Shown: positions 27,162 to 36,125 of the stretch, in pieces
How the letters are laid out: each line of letters opens with the position of its first letter
Numbering within the stretch: the stretch's first letter is position 1
Origin: an uncultured Solibacteraceae bacterium
GTDB taxonomy: Bacteria; Acidobacteriota; Terriglobia; Bryobacterales; Bryobacteraceae
Assembly (NCBI GenBank): GCA_964554945.1
Contig: CAZKQQ010000008.1
Coordinates: forward strand, 2,827-66,826
Direction of reading: 5' to 3'
DNA length: 64,000 bases
Made by a program: the position numbers and the translations under genes
The notes under the pieces: model-generated
What the model was told of the DNA's origin: nothing
Databases searched by the model: none
What the model saw: only the letters and a program-made list of their open reading frames with translations

Positions 27162-30100
27162 ATGAGAAGGAACGATTCTCAGCAAAACAGCCGGATGGGG
27201 CGCCTGCTAATTGTCTCGCTGGTACTGGCACTGCTCGCGGCCCTGATACCAATTGCAGCGGCACAGGAAGTGACCGCCGGGATCACCGGCAAAGTCACGG
27301 ATCCATCCGGAGCCGCCATCGTGGGAGCGTCAGTGGTAGCCAAGGACGTAGATCGTGGCACCGAATGGAAAACTCAAACCAATGAGGAAGGAATTTACAA
27401 CCTGCCTCGCGTGCCAACCGGAAAATACGAACTGCGGGTAGAGGCGAGCGGGTTTCAAACAGCCGTCCAGCCGCCGTTTGATCTGGTGCTGAACCAGACG
27501 GCGCGGATTGAGTTCGCGATGGTGCTCGGCCAGGTCTCTCAGACCCTGGAAGTGACCAGTGCGGTCCCCTTGCTGCAGACCGAAAATACACAAGTCGGCT
27601 CGGTGATGCAGGCCAGCACGATTGCCAATCTGCCGCTGCAGACGCGCAATTATAACCAGTTGACTCTGCTGGTACCGGGCGCGGTGACGATCAGCCCGGC
27701 GTCGTTCAATACGGGCCAGAAGACATTCAACTCCGCGCGGCCGAACATCAACGGCAACCGCGAGCAGGCGAACTATTACATACTCGACGGCCTGGATAAC
27801 AATGAGTTCGTCGATAACGCGGTGGCCTTCGTGCCGAACGTAGACGCGATCGAAGAGTTCAACGTCATTACGAACAATCCGAGCGCGGAGTTTGGCCATT
27901 TCCTCGGCGGAGTCATCAACGTCAGCCTGAAATCCGGCACGAATCAATTCCATGGCAATGCGTTCGAGTATCTGCGCAACGACTTTTTCAATGCCAATGA
28001 ATGGTCGAACAATTTCAATGGCCTGCCGACGCCGCGGCAGCGCTGGAATGAATACGGGGGAACCCTCGGCGGACCGATCAAGAAGAACAAGCTCTTCTTT
28101 TTTGCGGACTATCAGGGATCACGGTTCGATCTTCCCGCCACTCCGAATCCGAAGACTACGTTCACCGCGCCGAATATCACCGGCAACCTGACCGATATTG
28201 GCGCGTCGCTGCACTATCCGGGGACCACGGTGGCGATGCCGGCGGATTTAAGGCAAGCGGCTATCTGCGGAGCGGGACAAAAGATGGGCGTCAATCCTTG
28301 CATCACGGGGTTGAGTCCGGTGGCGCTGAAGATCGCGAATGCTCTGCCGAAGCCGAATCTTCCCGGCACGCCGGGCAGCCAAGGGACGCTCGCCAACCTG
28401 GCGAACACGACCCAGACCTACACGCACGGTAACCAAGGCGACATAAAAGTGGACTGGGCGCCGACAGACTTCGACCGCTTTTTCGCCCGTTACTCCCAGC
28501 AGCACGTGACGCGGCCGATCGTGAATAGCGAAGCGTTCCAGTATAGCGGCGATGGCAGCGGCGTCTTTCCGATTCAGCAGGCGGTGCTCAATTACACGAG
28601 GACGTTCAGCCCGCGCCTGCTGAATGATTTTCGTTTGGGAATGAGCTATTATCCGGCCGAAGACAAATCCGAAGCGCTGACCACAAATGCAGGCGCCAAC
28701 CTGATACCCGGACAGCCGATGCCATTCCTTCCCGGGTTGTATTTTGCCAATGCGCCGATCGGGGGTCAGCAGAACGGCCCGTTCGCGTTCGGCACCACGT
28801 TCGCGCCGGAAGTGTTCCACCAGACGACCATTCAGGTTTCCGACACCGCGATCTTCACGAAGAACGCACATACATTGAAGTTTGGATTCCAACTGATCCG
28901 ATACCGGAACAACTACATACCTGCCACGAGCAATGATGGCGCGGCGGGGCAGATCGGCTTCACAGGAACCTACACCGGGAACTCCGAAGCGGATTTCTTC
29001 CTTGGTCTGCCCGCTTATATGGGCTATGGACTCGGATTTGCCGGAACCGTAGGCCAGCGAAACAATGCGATCGGAGCATTCGTGCAAGACGACTGGCGAA
29101 TCAGCCGGCACCTGACGATGAACATCGGGGTGCGTTGGCAGCTCTTCACGCCGATTTATGAAGTGCACGACCGCATGACGAACTTCGGGATGTATAGCGG
29201 TCAAATCCAGCTGGCGGGGCAGAACGGCAACAGCCGGGCCCTTTACAACCAGTACAACGGGATCGCGAACTTCTTGCCGCGTCTCGGGCTGGCTTACACT
29301 CCCGATGAGAAGACGGTGATTCGCGCGGCCTTCTCGCGCTCGAGTTTCTGGGAAGGCACCGGCGAGTACAACCGGCTGGCAACGAATTCGCCGTGGAATA
29401 CCGATCTGGTCGGCACGTGGGGCGGGGTCGGGTCGAATGGCGCAATCCCCTCAAACCAGATCACTCTCGATCAAGGCTTCGCAGGGCTCGGAGCCGCGGG
29501 CGCGCCCTGCACGACAGCCAATGTCACTTCGGCGTCAGCCACGTGCTTCGCCGGCGTCCGGCTGCACGCGACCGATCCGAATTATCGCCCGGCGGTATCC
29601 AATCAATGGAACTTGAGCATCCAACGACAGGTGGGGAAATCGTTCACGGCGCAAGCGGCGTACGTCGGGCAACATACCGATCACATCGCGGCCATATACA
29701 ATATGGGGCAGAATTTCCTGTTGCCGAACGGCACCGCGATTCCGGGTCCGTATCTGTCGGGGAATCCGGCTCTGAAGAATGCCGGCACCGGACAGCAGCG
29801 GCTGAACACATCGACCGCGATCCAGAACTATGAAGCTTTGCAAATGATGGGTCAGCAGCGGCTGACGAAAGGGCTGGCGATCCAGGTAAACTACACCTGG
29901 TCCAAGTGCCTGACGGACAACCAGGGTTACTACGGCCGGTATGGGAACGCGGCCGCGGCGCAGACGCCGGCAGACGTTTCCTTCCAATCGTATGTTTACA
30001 ACGTGCGCGGTCTCGACTATGGCCTTTGCGACGCCGACGTCACGCACAATTTTAACGGCTATCTGAATTACGACCTGCCGTTCGGCAAAGACCGGATGTT

Positions 30101-30650
30101 CGGCAAGAACGCCGGCAAAGCGGTGAATGCGATTCTCGGCGACTGGCACTACGACACTATCTTCACGGTGCATGGCGGCCTGCCGGTTTCGATGATTCAG
30201 TTCGGCTCCGATCCGACCGGCGCTTACTTCCAGCCGCGTCCCGATTGCATCGAGCCCTCGAAAGCAACACCTTATAAGAATTTCGCCGGCGGCGGTTATA
30301 TCTGGTTCGACCCGACGACGATGCGGATACCGGGCCCCGGCAAACTCGGCAACTGCAGTATTTCCTCGCAGCGCAGCCCGGGCTACCGGCAGATCGACAT
30401 GAGCCTGGCGAAGACCTTCCGAATCACGGAGCGGCAGAACCTGCAATTCCGCTTCGACGCCATCAACACCTTCAACACGCCGATCTTCACGATGGGCGGC
30501 TACTCGGCGGATGTCCTCCCGGGCAACTGGAACGATAATGTGAGCCGCTACGGAACCGACATCAACTACACGAAGAGCGTTCCGACGGGCGTGGTGAATA
30601 CGTCGCTCGGCGCGCGCAATCTGCAGTTTGCCTTGAAGTACACGTTCTGA
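27162..30650 (+). CDS. TonB-dependent receptor, Oar-like, with carboxypeptidase-regulatory-like N-terminal domain
   Basis: GKVTDPSGAAIVGASVVAKDVDRGTEWKTQTNEEGIYNLPRVPTGKYELRVEASGFQ. C-terminus LQFALKYTF. Paralogue of 11787..15434. Confidence 0.9.
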   Translation: MRRNDSQQNSRMGRLLIVSLVLALLAALIPIAAAQEVTAGITGKVTDPSGAAIVGASVVAKDVDRGTEWKTQTNEEGIYNLPRVPTGKYELRVEASGFQTAVQPPFDLVLNQTARIEFAMVLGQVSQTLEVTSAVPLLQTENTQVGSVMQASTIANLPLQTRNYNQLTLLVPGAVTISPASFNTGQKTFNSARPNINGNREQANYYILDGLDNNEFVDNAVAFVPNVDAIEEFNVITNNPSAEFGHFLGGVINVSLKSGTNQFHGNAFEYLRNDFFNANEWSNNFNGLPTPRQRWNEYGGTLGGPIKKNKLFFFADYQGSRFDLPATPNPKTTFTAPNITGNLTDIGASLHYPGTTVAMPADLRQAAICGAGQKMGVNPCITGLSPVALKIANALPKPNLPGTPGSQGTLANLANTTQTYTHGNQGDIKVDWAPTDFDRFFARYSQQHVTRPIVNSEAFQYSGDGSGVFPIQQAVLNYTRTFSPRLLNDFRLGMSYYPAEDKSEALTTNAGANLIPGQPMPFLPGLYFANAPIGGQQNGPFAFGTTFAPEVFHQTTIQVSDTAIFTKNAHTLKFGFQLIRYRNNYIPATSNDGAAGQIGFTGTYTGNSEADFFLGLPAYMGYGLGFAGTVGQRNNAIGAFVQDDWRISRHLTMNIGVRWQLFTPIYEVHDRMTNFGMYSGQIQLAGQNGNSRALYNQYNGIANFLPRLGLAYTPDEKTVIRAAFSRSSFWEGTGEYNRLATNSPWNTDLVGTWGGVGSNGAIPSNQITLDQGFAGLGAAGAPCTTANVTSASATCFAGVRLHATDPNYRPAVSNQWNLSIQRQVGKSFTAQAAYVGQHTDHIAAIYNMGQNFLLPNGTAIPGPYLSGNPALKNAGTGQQRLNTSTAIQNYEALQMMGQQRLTKGLAIQVNYTWSKCLTDNQGYYGRYGNAAAAQTPADVSFQSYVYNVRGLDYGLCDADVTHNFNGYLNYDLPFGKDRMFGKNAGKAVNAILGDWHYDTIFTVHGGLPVSMIQFGSDPTGAYFQPRPDCIEPSKATPYKNFAGGGYIWFDPTTMRIPGPGKLGNCSISSQRSPGYRQIDMSLAKTFRITERQNLQFRFDAINTFNTPIFTMGGYSADVLPGNWNDNVSRYGTDINYTKSVPTGVVNTSLGARNLQFALKYTF

Positions 30651-30665
30651 ATCTTTCCTTCCACG

Positions 30666-30700
30666 GCGGGCCGGCGGCACAAGCCGGCCCGCTTTTTTTT
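30666..30700 (+). terminator. intrinsic terminator
   Basis: Perfect 10-bp stem GCGGGCCGGC/GCCGGCCCGC with loop GGCACAA, followed by T8, 16 nt after the stop codon. Confidence 0.9.
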
Positions 30701-30753
30701 GTCCCCCGTAATGCGAGCCACATTGGGTCTCATTTTGCAAAGATGAGATTCAG

Positions 30754-31221
30754 ATGCGTCCGGCTTCTGTTTTAGTTGCTATCACAATGATCGGGTTCGT
30801 TTATGGGCAGGCGCCGGCAACGGACCCGCATGAAGACCCGAAAGCGAACGGCGGGAACCGGACCGGCGATTCAAAGCAGGCGCCGCCCGATCCGCAGGCG
30901 GCGCCGGATCCGGTACCAGTGCGTGCTCCGAACCCGGATACGGCGGCGCCGGACCAGCCTGGGGCCGGCACGAAACCAGCCAGCGATACCGAGCTGATAA
31001 GCGCGATTCGCGCTGCGCTCGCGGCTGATCGCGAAACGCGGCAGGCTGCTGGAAGAATAAAAGTGATCGCGCATGCCGGCACGGTCACGCTGCAGGGGAC
31101 GGTGACAACCGCAGAGTTCCGGAGGTCGGTGGAACAGAAGGCCACCGCGATTGCGGGTAAGGGCAAAATAACGGACGAGATCAAGGTGAAAGCGAGCGTC
31201 CGGGGTTCGCGTTCCGAGTAA
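30754..31221 (+). CDS. BON domain protein with a Pro/Ala/Asp-rich linker
   Basis: LISAIRAALAADRETRQAAGRIKVIAHAGTVTLQGTVTTAEFRRSVEQKATAIAG is a BON-like pattern. N-terminal signal MRPASVLVAITMIGFVYG. Confidence 0.75.
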   Translation: MRPASVLVAITMIGFVYGQAPATDPHEDPKANGGNRTGDSKQAPPDPQAAPDPVPVRAPNPDTAAPDQPGAGTKPASDTELISAIRAALAADRETRQAAGRIKVIAHAGTVTLQGTVTTAEFRRSVEQKATAIAGKGKITDEIKVKASVRGSRSE

Positions 31222-31257
31222 TCGAGCCAGACGAACGAGGACATACGGGCGCATACC

Positions 31258-32046
31258 GTGCCCCCCCGCCCCCCGCCCCCCCGTTTGACACCGGTTTCCG
31301 GCACATGTACGATCAACGGCGTGAACAACTCGACAGGGGCTGCCCTCGTTGTCGCCCTCCTCACGATTTCCGCGTCCGGTCAAACGTACCGGGCCCCTCG
31401 CACTGCGGACGGAAAACCGAACATAAACGGCATCTGGCAGGCCGTGAACTCGGCCGACTGGGACCTGCTGGGACATGCGGCTGGACAGGGTCCTGTGTTG
31501 TCGCTGGGAGCGGTGTTTTCGCGGCCCCCGGGGTTAAGCGTGGTGGAAGGCGATGAGATCCCGTATCTGCCCGCCGCTCTTGCCAAAAAGAAGGCCAACC
31601 AGGCCGACTGGGTCAAGCTCGACCCCGAGGTGAAGTGCTACCTGCCGGGCGTGCCCCGCGCGACCTATCTGCCTTATCCGTTTCAGATCATACAGTCATC
31701 GAAGAACATTATGGTGGCATACGAGTATGCGGGAGCGGTCCGTGTCATTAATATGGAAGCTCCCACGAAGGCACCGGCCGACAGCTGGATGGGGTGGTCG
31801 AACGGGAAATGGGAAGGCGAATCGCTGGTGGTCGATGTGACGAGCCAGAACGATGAGACCTGGTTCGATCATGCGGGCGATTATCATAGCGATGCCCTGC
31901 ACGTGGTGGAGCGATACACGCCGCGCAGCGCCGACACTCTGAATTACGAAGCCACCATCGAGGATGCCAAAGTTTTTTCGCGGCCGTGGAAGATCAGCAT
32001 GCCGCTGTACCGGCACGTCGAGAAGGACGCGAAGCTTCTCGAATAA
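31258..32046 (+). CDS. secreted protein of unknown function, paralogue 1 (divergent member); start uncertain
   Basis: Shares YRAPRTADGKPNINGIW, WEGESLVVDVTSQ and LHVVERYTPRSADTLNYEATIEDAKVFSRPW with the next two genes. Candidate starts are GTG 31258, TTG 31285 and GTG 31321. Confidence 0.7.
   Translation: MPPRPPPPRLTPVSGTCTINGVNNSTGAALVVALLTISASGQTYRAPRTADGKPNINGIWQAVNSADWDLLGHAAGQGPVLSLGAVFSRPPGLSVVEGDEIPYLPAALAKKKANQADWVKLDPEVKCYLPGVPRATYLPYPFQIIQSSKNIMVAYEYAGAVRVINMEAPTKAPADSWMGWSNGKWEGESLVVDVTSQNDETWFDHAGDYHSDALHVVERYTPRSADTLNYEATIEDAKVFSRPWKISMPLYRHVEKDAKLLE
31261..31282. repeat. C7-G-C6-G-C7 homopolymer cluster
   Basis: Read directly: cccccccgccccccgccccccc. Confidence 0.95.
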
Positions 32047-32124
32047 AAATGCGTTGAATTCAGTGAAGAGGTATTATACTGACCTCTCCGCAAGAAGCCA
32101 ATCAACCCTTAGAAGGAGGCTCCC

Positions 32125-33102
32125 ATGATGCGTCGGCTGCTCGCATTGGCGGCTGCTTGGGCGGCACTGTCGCTCGCGCAGACTCCCGCGGCGAAGTCCT
32201 GGAAAGCGCCGCGGACGCCGGATGGCGCGCCGGACATTCAGGGCATCTGGAGCAACTCCACGCTGACTCCTTTGGAGCGGCCGAAAGGACTCGGAGCGAA
32301 AGAGTTCTACACGGAACAGGAATTCGCCGAACTGGCGAAGCGCGTGCGCGAGGGCAAAGTCGGCGATGAAGCCGATATCGGGGCCGCCGCCGAACAGACG
32401 CTCCGGTACGACCTTAGCTTGTATGGATTTGACATCACCAAGGCGACGTTCGCATCAAACCGGCGCACGTCGCTGATCGTAGGACCGGAGGGCGTGGTGC
32501 CTCCGATGCTGCCGCAGGCGAGGAAAAGAAATGCCGAGCGCGCCGCGAAGAACAAAGGACACGAGTTTGACAGCTACGAGAACCGACCGCTGCAGGAGCG
32601 CTGCATTCTGCTGGGGCAGGAAAGAATCCCGATGCTGAGCGGGCCCAACGACAATAACGAACTGCAGATCGTGCAGGGACCGGGCTGGGTGGTGTTACTG
32701 CATGAGATTAACCACGACACCCGCGTGATTCCCACGGACGGGCGTCCGCACCTGCCGCAAAGCATTCGTCAATACCAGGGAGATTCGGTCGGGCATTGGG
32801 ATGGAAACACGCTAGTTGTCGATACGACGAATTTCATGGACCTGGCAAATTTTCGAGGATCCGGCGAGAAACTGCATCTGATCGAGCGCTTCACGCGCAC
32901 GGCGGAGGACACAGTGCTTTACCAATTCACCGTCGAGGATCCGGAGACATGGTCGAAACCGTGGACCGCGGAAGTTCCGATGGTCAGGACAGAAGGACCG
33001 GTATACGAGTGGGCCTGCCACGAAGGCAATACGATGATATCCACCATCTTGAATGGGGCGCGTGTTGCGGAGGCAGAGGCCGCCAAGAAAGCCGGAAAGT
33101 AA
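32125..33102 (+). CDS. secreted protein of unknown function, paralogue 2
   Basis: Signal MMRRLLALAAAWAALSLAQ. Motifs WKAPRTPDGAPDIQGIW, GDSVGHWDGNTLVVDTTNF and YEWACHEGN. RBS AGGAGG. Confidence 0.8.
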   Translation: MMRRLLALAAAWAALSLAQTPAAKSWKAPRTPDGAPDIQGIWSNSTLTPLERPKGLGAKEFYTEQEFAELAKRVREGKVGDEADIGAAAEQTLRYDLSLYGFDITKATFASNRRTSLIVGPEGVVPPMLPQARKRNAERAAKNKGHEFDSYENRPLQERCILLGQERIPMLSGPNDNNELQIVQGPGWVVLLHEINHDTRVIPTDGRPHLPQSIRQYQGDSVGHWDGNTLVVDTTNFMDLANFRGSGEKLHLIERFTRTAEDTVLYQFTVEDPETWSKPWTAEVPMVRTEGPVYEWACHEGNTMISTILNGARVAEAEAAKKAGK

Positions 33103-33117
33103 CAAATGGGAGGAATC

Positions 33118-34143
33118 ATGAAAGCGCCATTGGCCGCGTTGGCGGCCCTTACGATGATCGTTACGCTGGCGCCGGCGCCGGCCGCCGGACAGACGTTGTC
33201 GCCTGCCGCGAAAGCGGTCAAGGCCGGCAAGCCTTGGACGCCGCCGCGCACCGCCGACGGCCATCCGGACCTGGAAGGGGTCTGGACGAATAACACGGTT
33301 ACCCCCCTGCAGCGGCCGAAGGCAGTCGCCGGCAAGGAGTTTTACACGGAAGCCGAACTAGAGGCGCTGACAAAAAAGGAAAACGACCGGCTCGCCAAGA
33401 ACGAGGAAGAGGGCCTTCCCACCGAGCCGGGAACCGCCGCGGACGTGCATTATGACTTTAGCGAGTATGCTCTCGACCGCGGTCAGGCCAAGATGGTCTG
33501 GAACCGCCGGACTTCGATTATTACGGGTGCGGACGGCACCATTCCGCCGCTGACTGCCGAGGCGCGCCAACGAATTGCCGAGCGCCGCGCCAAGGCCAAG
33601 GGCCATGAATTCGATGGTCCCGAGAACCGGCCAATCGGCGCCCGCTGCCTGGCGCGGGAAAATGTAGGCCCGCCCCTGCTGCCCACTGCCTACAACAGCA
33701 ATCTGCAAATCGTGCAAGGCGCCGGGTATGTGGTAATCGAAACCGAGATGATTCACGATGCGCGCGTCATTCCGACCGACGGCCGCAGCCACATTTCGAA
33801 GAACATCCGCCAATGGTATGGCGATTCCGTCGGCCACTGGGATGGCAATACGCTGGTGGTGGACACGACGAACTTCACGAACCTGAGCCCGTTCGAGGGG
33901 GCCGAGAATCTGCACGTAGTCGAACGCCTCACGCGGGTCGACAACGATACGATCCTGTACCAGTTCACGGTAGAAGATCCGGGTATGTGGACCAAGCCGT
34001 GGTCCGGGGAACTACCCATCACGAAGGTTCAAGGGCGGATCTACGAATACGCTTGTAACGAAGCGAATTACGGGTTGGCGAATACGCTGCGCGGCGCCCG
34101 GGTGGCCGAGGAAGAAGCCGCCAAGAAAGCAGCAGGCAAGTAG
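33118..34143 (+). CDS. secreted protein of unknown function, paralogue 3
   Basis: Signal MKAPLAALAALTMIVTLAPAPAAGQ. Motifs WTPPRTADGHPDLEGVW, GDSVGHWDGNTLVVDTTNF and YEYACNEAN. ATG 33118 follows GGGAGGA. Confidence 0.8.
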   Translation: MKAPLAALAALTMIVTLAPAPAAGQTLSPAAKAVKAGKPWTPPRTADGHPDLEGVWTNNTVTPLQRPKAVAGKEFYTEAELEALTKKENDRLAKNEEEGLPTEPGTAADVHYDFSEYALDRGQAKMVWNRRTSIITGADGTIPPLTAEARQRIAERRAKAKGHEFDGPENRPIGARCLARENVGPPLLPTAYNSNLQIVQGAGYVVIETEMIHDARVIPTDGRSHISKNIRQWYGDSVGHWDGNTLVVDTTNFTNLSPFEGAENLHVVERLTRVDNDTILYQFTVEDPGMWTKPWSGELPITKVQGRIYEYACNEANYGLANTLRGARVAEEEAAKKAAGK

Positions 34144-34174
34144 GGTAAACTCAATCTCTGACAGGGAGTGACCG

Positions 34175-34588
34175 ATGAGAACGAAAGTACTCGCAGCGAT
34201 TATTGGCGCCGGCCTGCTGCTGGCAGCCGTGCCTGTGTGGGGGCATCACGCGTTTGCAGCGGAATTCGATCAGAACAAACCGCTGAAATTGAAAGGAACC
34301 GTGATCAAGTGGGAGGTGAGTAATCCCCACTCCTGGATCCACATGGAAGTCAAAGGCGACGATGGCAAGGCAGTGACCTGGATGGTGGAAGGCGGGAGTC
34401 CGAACAACCTGTACCGGCTGGGATTCACGAAGGATTCTCTTCCGGCAGGAGCGGAGATCGTGGTGGACGGCTATCAGGCCAAGGACGGCTCGACGCGCGC
34501 GGTCGGAAAGAACGTAACCTTCGCCGACGGCCGACGGCTGTTCCTCGGACTTTCGGCGCTGGAGAGCGATCCTTCGAGTAAGAAGTAA
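34175..34588 (+). CDS. small exported protein whose predicted mature N-terminus is His-His (resembles the DUF6152 family, from memory)
   Basis: MRTKVLAAIIGAGLLLAAVPVWG followed by HHAFAAEFDQNKPLKLKGTVIKWEVSNPHSWIHMEV. RBS AGGGAG. Confidence 0.75.
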   Translation: MRTKVLAAIIGAGLLLAAVPVWGHHAFAAEFDQNKPLKLKGTVIKWEVSNPHSWIHMEVKGDDGKAVTWMVEGGSPNNLYRLGFTKDSLPAGAEIVVDGYQAKDGSTRAVGKNVTFADGRRLFLGLSALESDPSSKK

Positions 34589-34614
34589 GACCAACTCCTT
34601 CCGATTTACGCCTC

Positions 34615-34641
34615 GCGGGATGGAGCCATGCTCCGTCCCGC
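34615..34641 (+). terminator. 11-bp hairpin (one G-T wobble) after the four-gene cluster; no strong T tract
   Basis: gcgggatggag-ccatg-ctccgtcccgc read directly, 27 nt after the stop. Confidence 0.45.
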
Positions 34642-34793
34642 CGAAGCGGCTTTCCTTCTCCCATTTACTCTAAGAATAAGTCGATTTGGGCAGGGCTCCC
34701 TTACCGCCGCGGTTCTGTGTCCGTTGAGGGATGCGCGCGCGCCCGCGCGGGCCGGGCGCGGGCGTAGTATGTAAGCGTGAGGCGATTGAGAAG

Positions 34794-36125
34794 ATGAACA
34801 GCCGTTGGGTGCTGGTGGCCGGGTTCGGCGGTCTGCTGCTGCTGATGACCTTCGCCGGCGCCGACATGCTCGGAACCCTCGGGGGCATTCAGAGTTCAAA
34901 CGATAATATCCGGGAAGACTTTCTGCTGCGGACGCACGTGTTGGAACGGATTCGCACGGATCTTTACGTTTCCGGCACATATGTTCGCGATTACCTGCTC
35001 GAGCCGGAAAGCGGAAAGGCGGAAGGGCATCGCTATAGCCTTGTCGAGACCAAGAAGGACATGGATACGGCGCTGGACGAATACCGGCGCCTACTGACGG
35101 TCCAGGAATCGCGAACGTTCCAACGTCTGACACAGGAACTGGGGAACTATTGGAACGTCCTGGATCCTGTTTTTCATTGGAGCGCGGAAAAACGGATGCG
35201 GGACGGCTTTCCGTTTTTGCGCGACGAGGTGTTCCCGCGGCGTATGGTGATGCTGGGAATCGCCGACCAGATCCGTGACATTGATGAATCCCAACTGAAT
35301 GCCGCGAAGCTGCTGGGACAGCGAACTTATTCGCAATTCCGCCAGCGTCTGACCGTCACTCTGGGCCTGACTATCGGTGTTGGCGCGCTGCTGGCTGTTT
35401 TCTGCATGCGCAAGATCCTGCAGCTGGAGCATGCGACGTCGAAGCACTTTCAGGAAATCGAGAATGCGCGCGCGGAATTGCAGCAACTCTCGGCGCGGCT
35501 TCTGGCGGCCCAGGAGGAAGAGCGGCGCTCGATCTCTCGCGAATTGCACGACGAAGTAGGCCAGGCCTTGACAGGCGTGCTGGTCGAGATGGCCAACCTG
35601 TCTACTTTGATTCGCGCGCGCGATCTCGAGGGAGTTGACGCGAAAGCCGGCGAGATTAAACGCGAGGTGGAAGGCTCGATCAGCGTCGTTCGCAATATGG
35701 CTCTCCTGCTCCGTCCGTCGATGCTCGATGATCTGGGCCTGTTGCCCGCGCTGGAATGGCAGGCGCGCGAGGTCGGCAAGCGCAATGGCTTATGGATCAA
35801 GGTGGATGCCGAAGAAGTCTCCGAACAACTGCCGGAAGAACACAAGACTTGCGTCTATCGCATCGTGCAGGAGGCTCTGCACAATATCGTCCAACACGCC
35901 GGAGCGCGCAGCGTCAGCGTCACCGTGCGCCAGCATCCGGGCAGTCTGGCGGTCACGGTTCGCGACGACGGCAAAGGCTTCGATCCGCGCCGCCAACGCG
36001 GCATGGGCCTGCTCGGTATCGAAGAGAGAGTCGGCCACCTCGGCGGCACCCTCACGGTGGAATCGCAGCCGGGACAAGGAACTACCCTGCATGTGAAGCT
36101 GCCGCTGATGAAGGTTGCGGCATGA
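34794..36125 (+). CDS. sensor histidine kinase (NarL-partner type, HisKA_3) with four-helix-bundle-like periplasmic sensor
   Basis: H-box RRSISRELHDEVGQALTG. ATPase region DDGKGFDPRRQRGMGLLGIEERV. Two TM segments flank a region of about 170 aa. Confidence 0.85.
   Translation: MNSRWVLVAGFGGLLLLMTFAGADMLGTLGGIQSSNDNIREDFLLRTHVLERIRTDLYVSGTYVRDYLLEPESGKAEGHRYSLVETKKDMDTALDEYRRLLTVQESRTFQRLTQELGNYWNVLDPVFHWSAEKRMRDGFPFLRDEVFPRRMVMLGIADQIRDIDESQLNAAKLLGQRTYSQFRQRLTVTLGLTIGVGALLAVFCMRKILQLEHATSKHFQEIENARAELQQLSARLLAAQEEERRSISRELHDEVGQALTGVLVEMANLSTLIRARDLEGVDAKAGEIKREVEGSISVVRNMALLLRPSMLDDLGLLPALEWQAREVGKRNGLWIKVDAEEVSEQLPEEHKTCVYRIVQEALHNIVQHAGARSVSVTVRQHPGSLAVTVRDDGKGFDPRRQRGMGLLGIEERVGHLGGTLTVESQPGQGTTLHVKLPLMKVAA

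Noticed and set aside
29535-30740. 401-aa ORF antisense to the second Oar-like receptor. The same applies to 27330..27953 and 28248..29204.
   Set aside because: These are shadow frames of a gene that is confidently assigned by its N- and C-terminal receptor motifs.
35756-36121. Long N-terminal extension of the response-regulator ORF in the track (starting at 35756)
   Set aside because: The extension overlaps the histidine kinase in another frame and is Arg-rich. The receiver domain begins at the ATG at 36122, which has the usual ATGA coupling.
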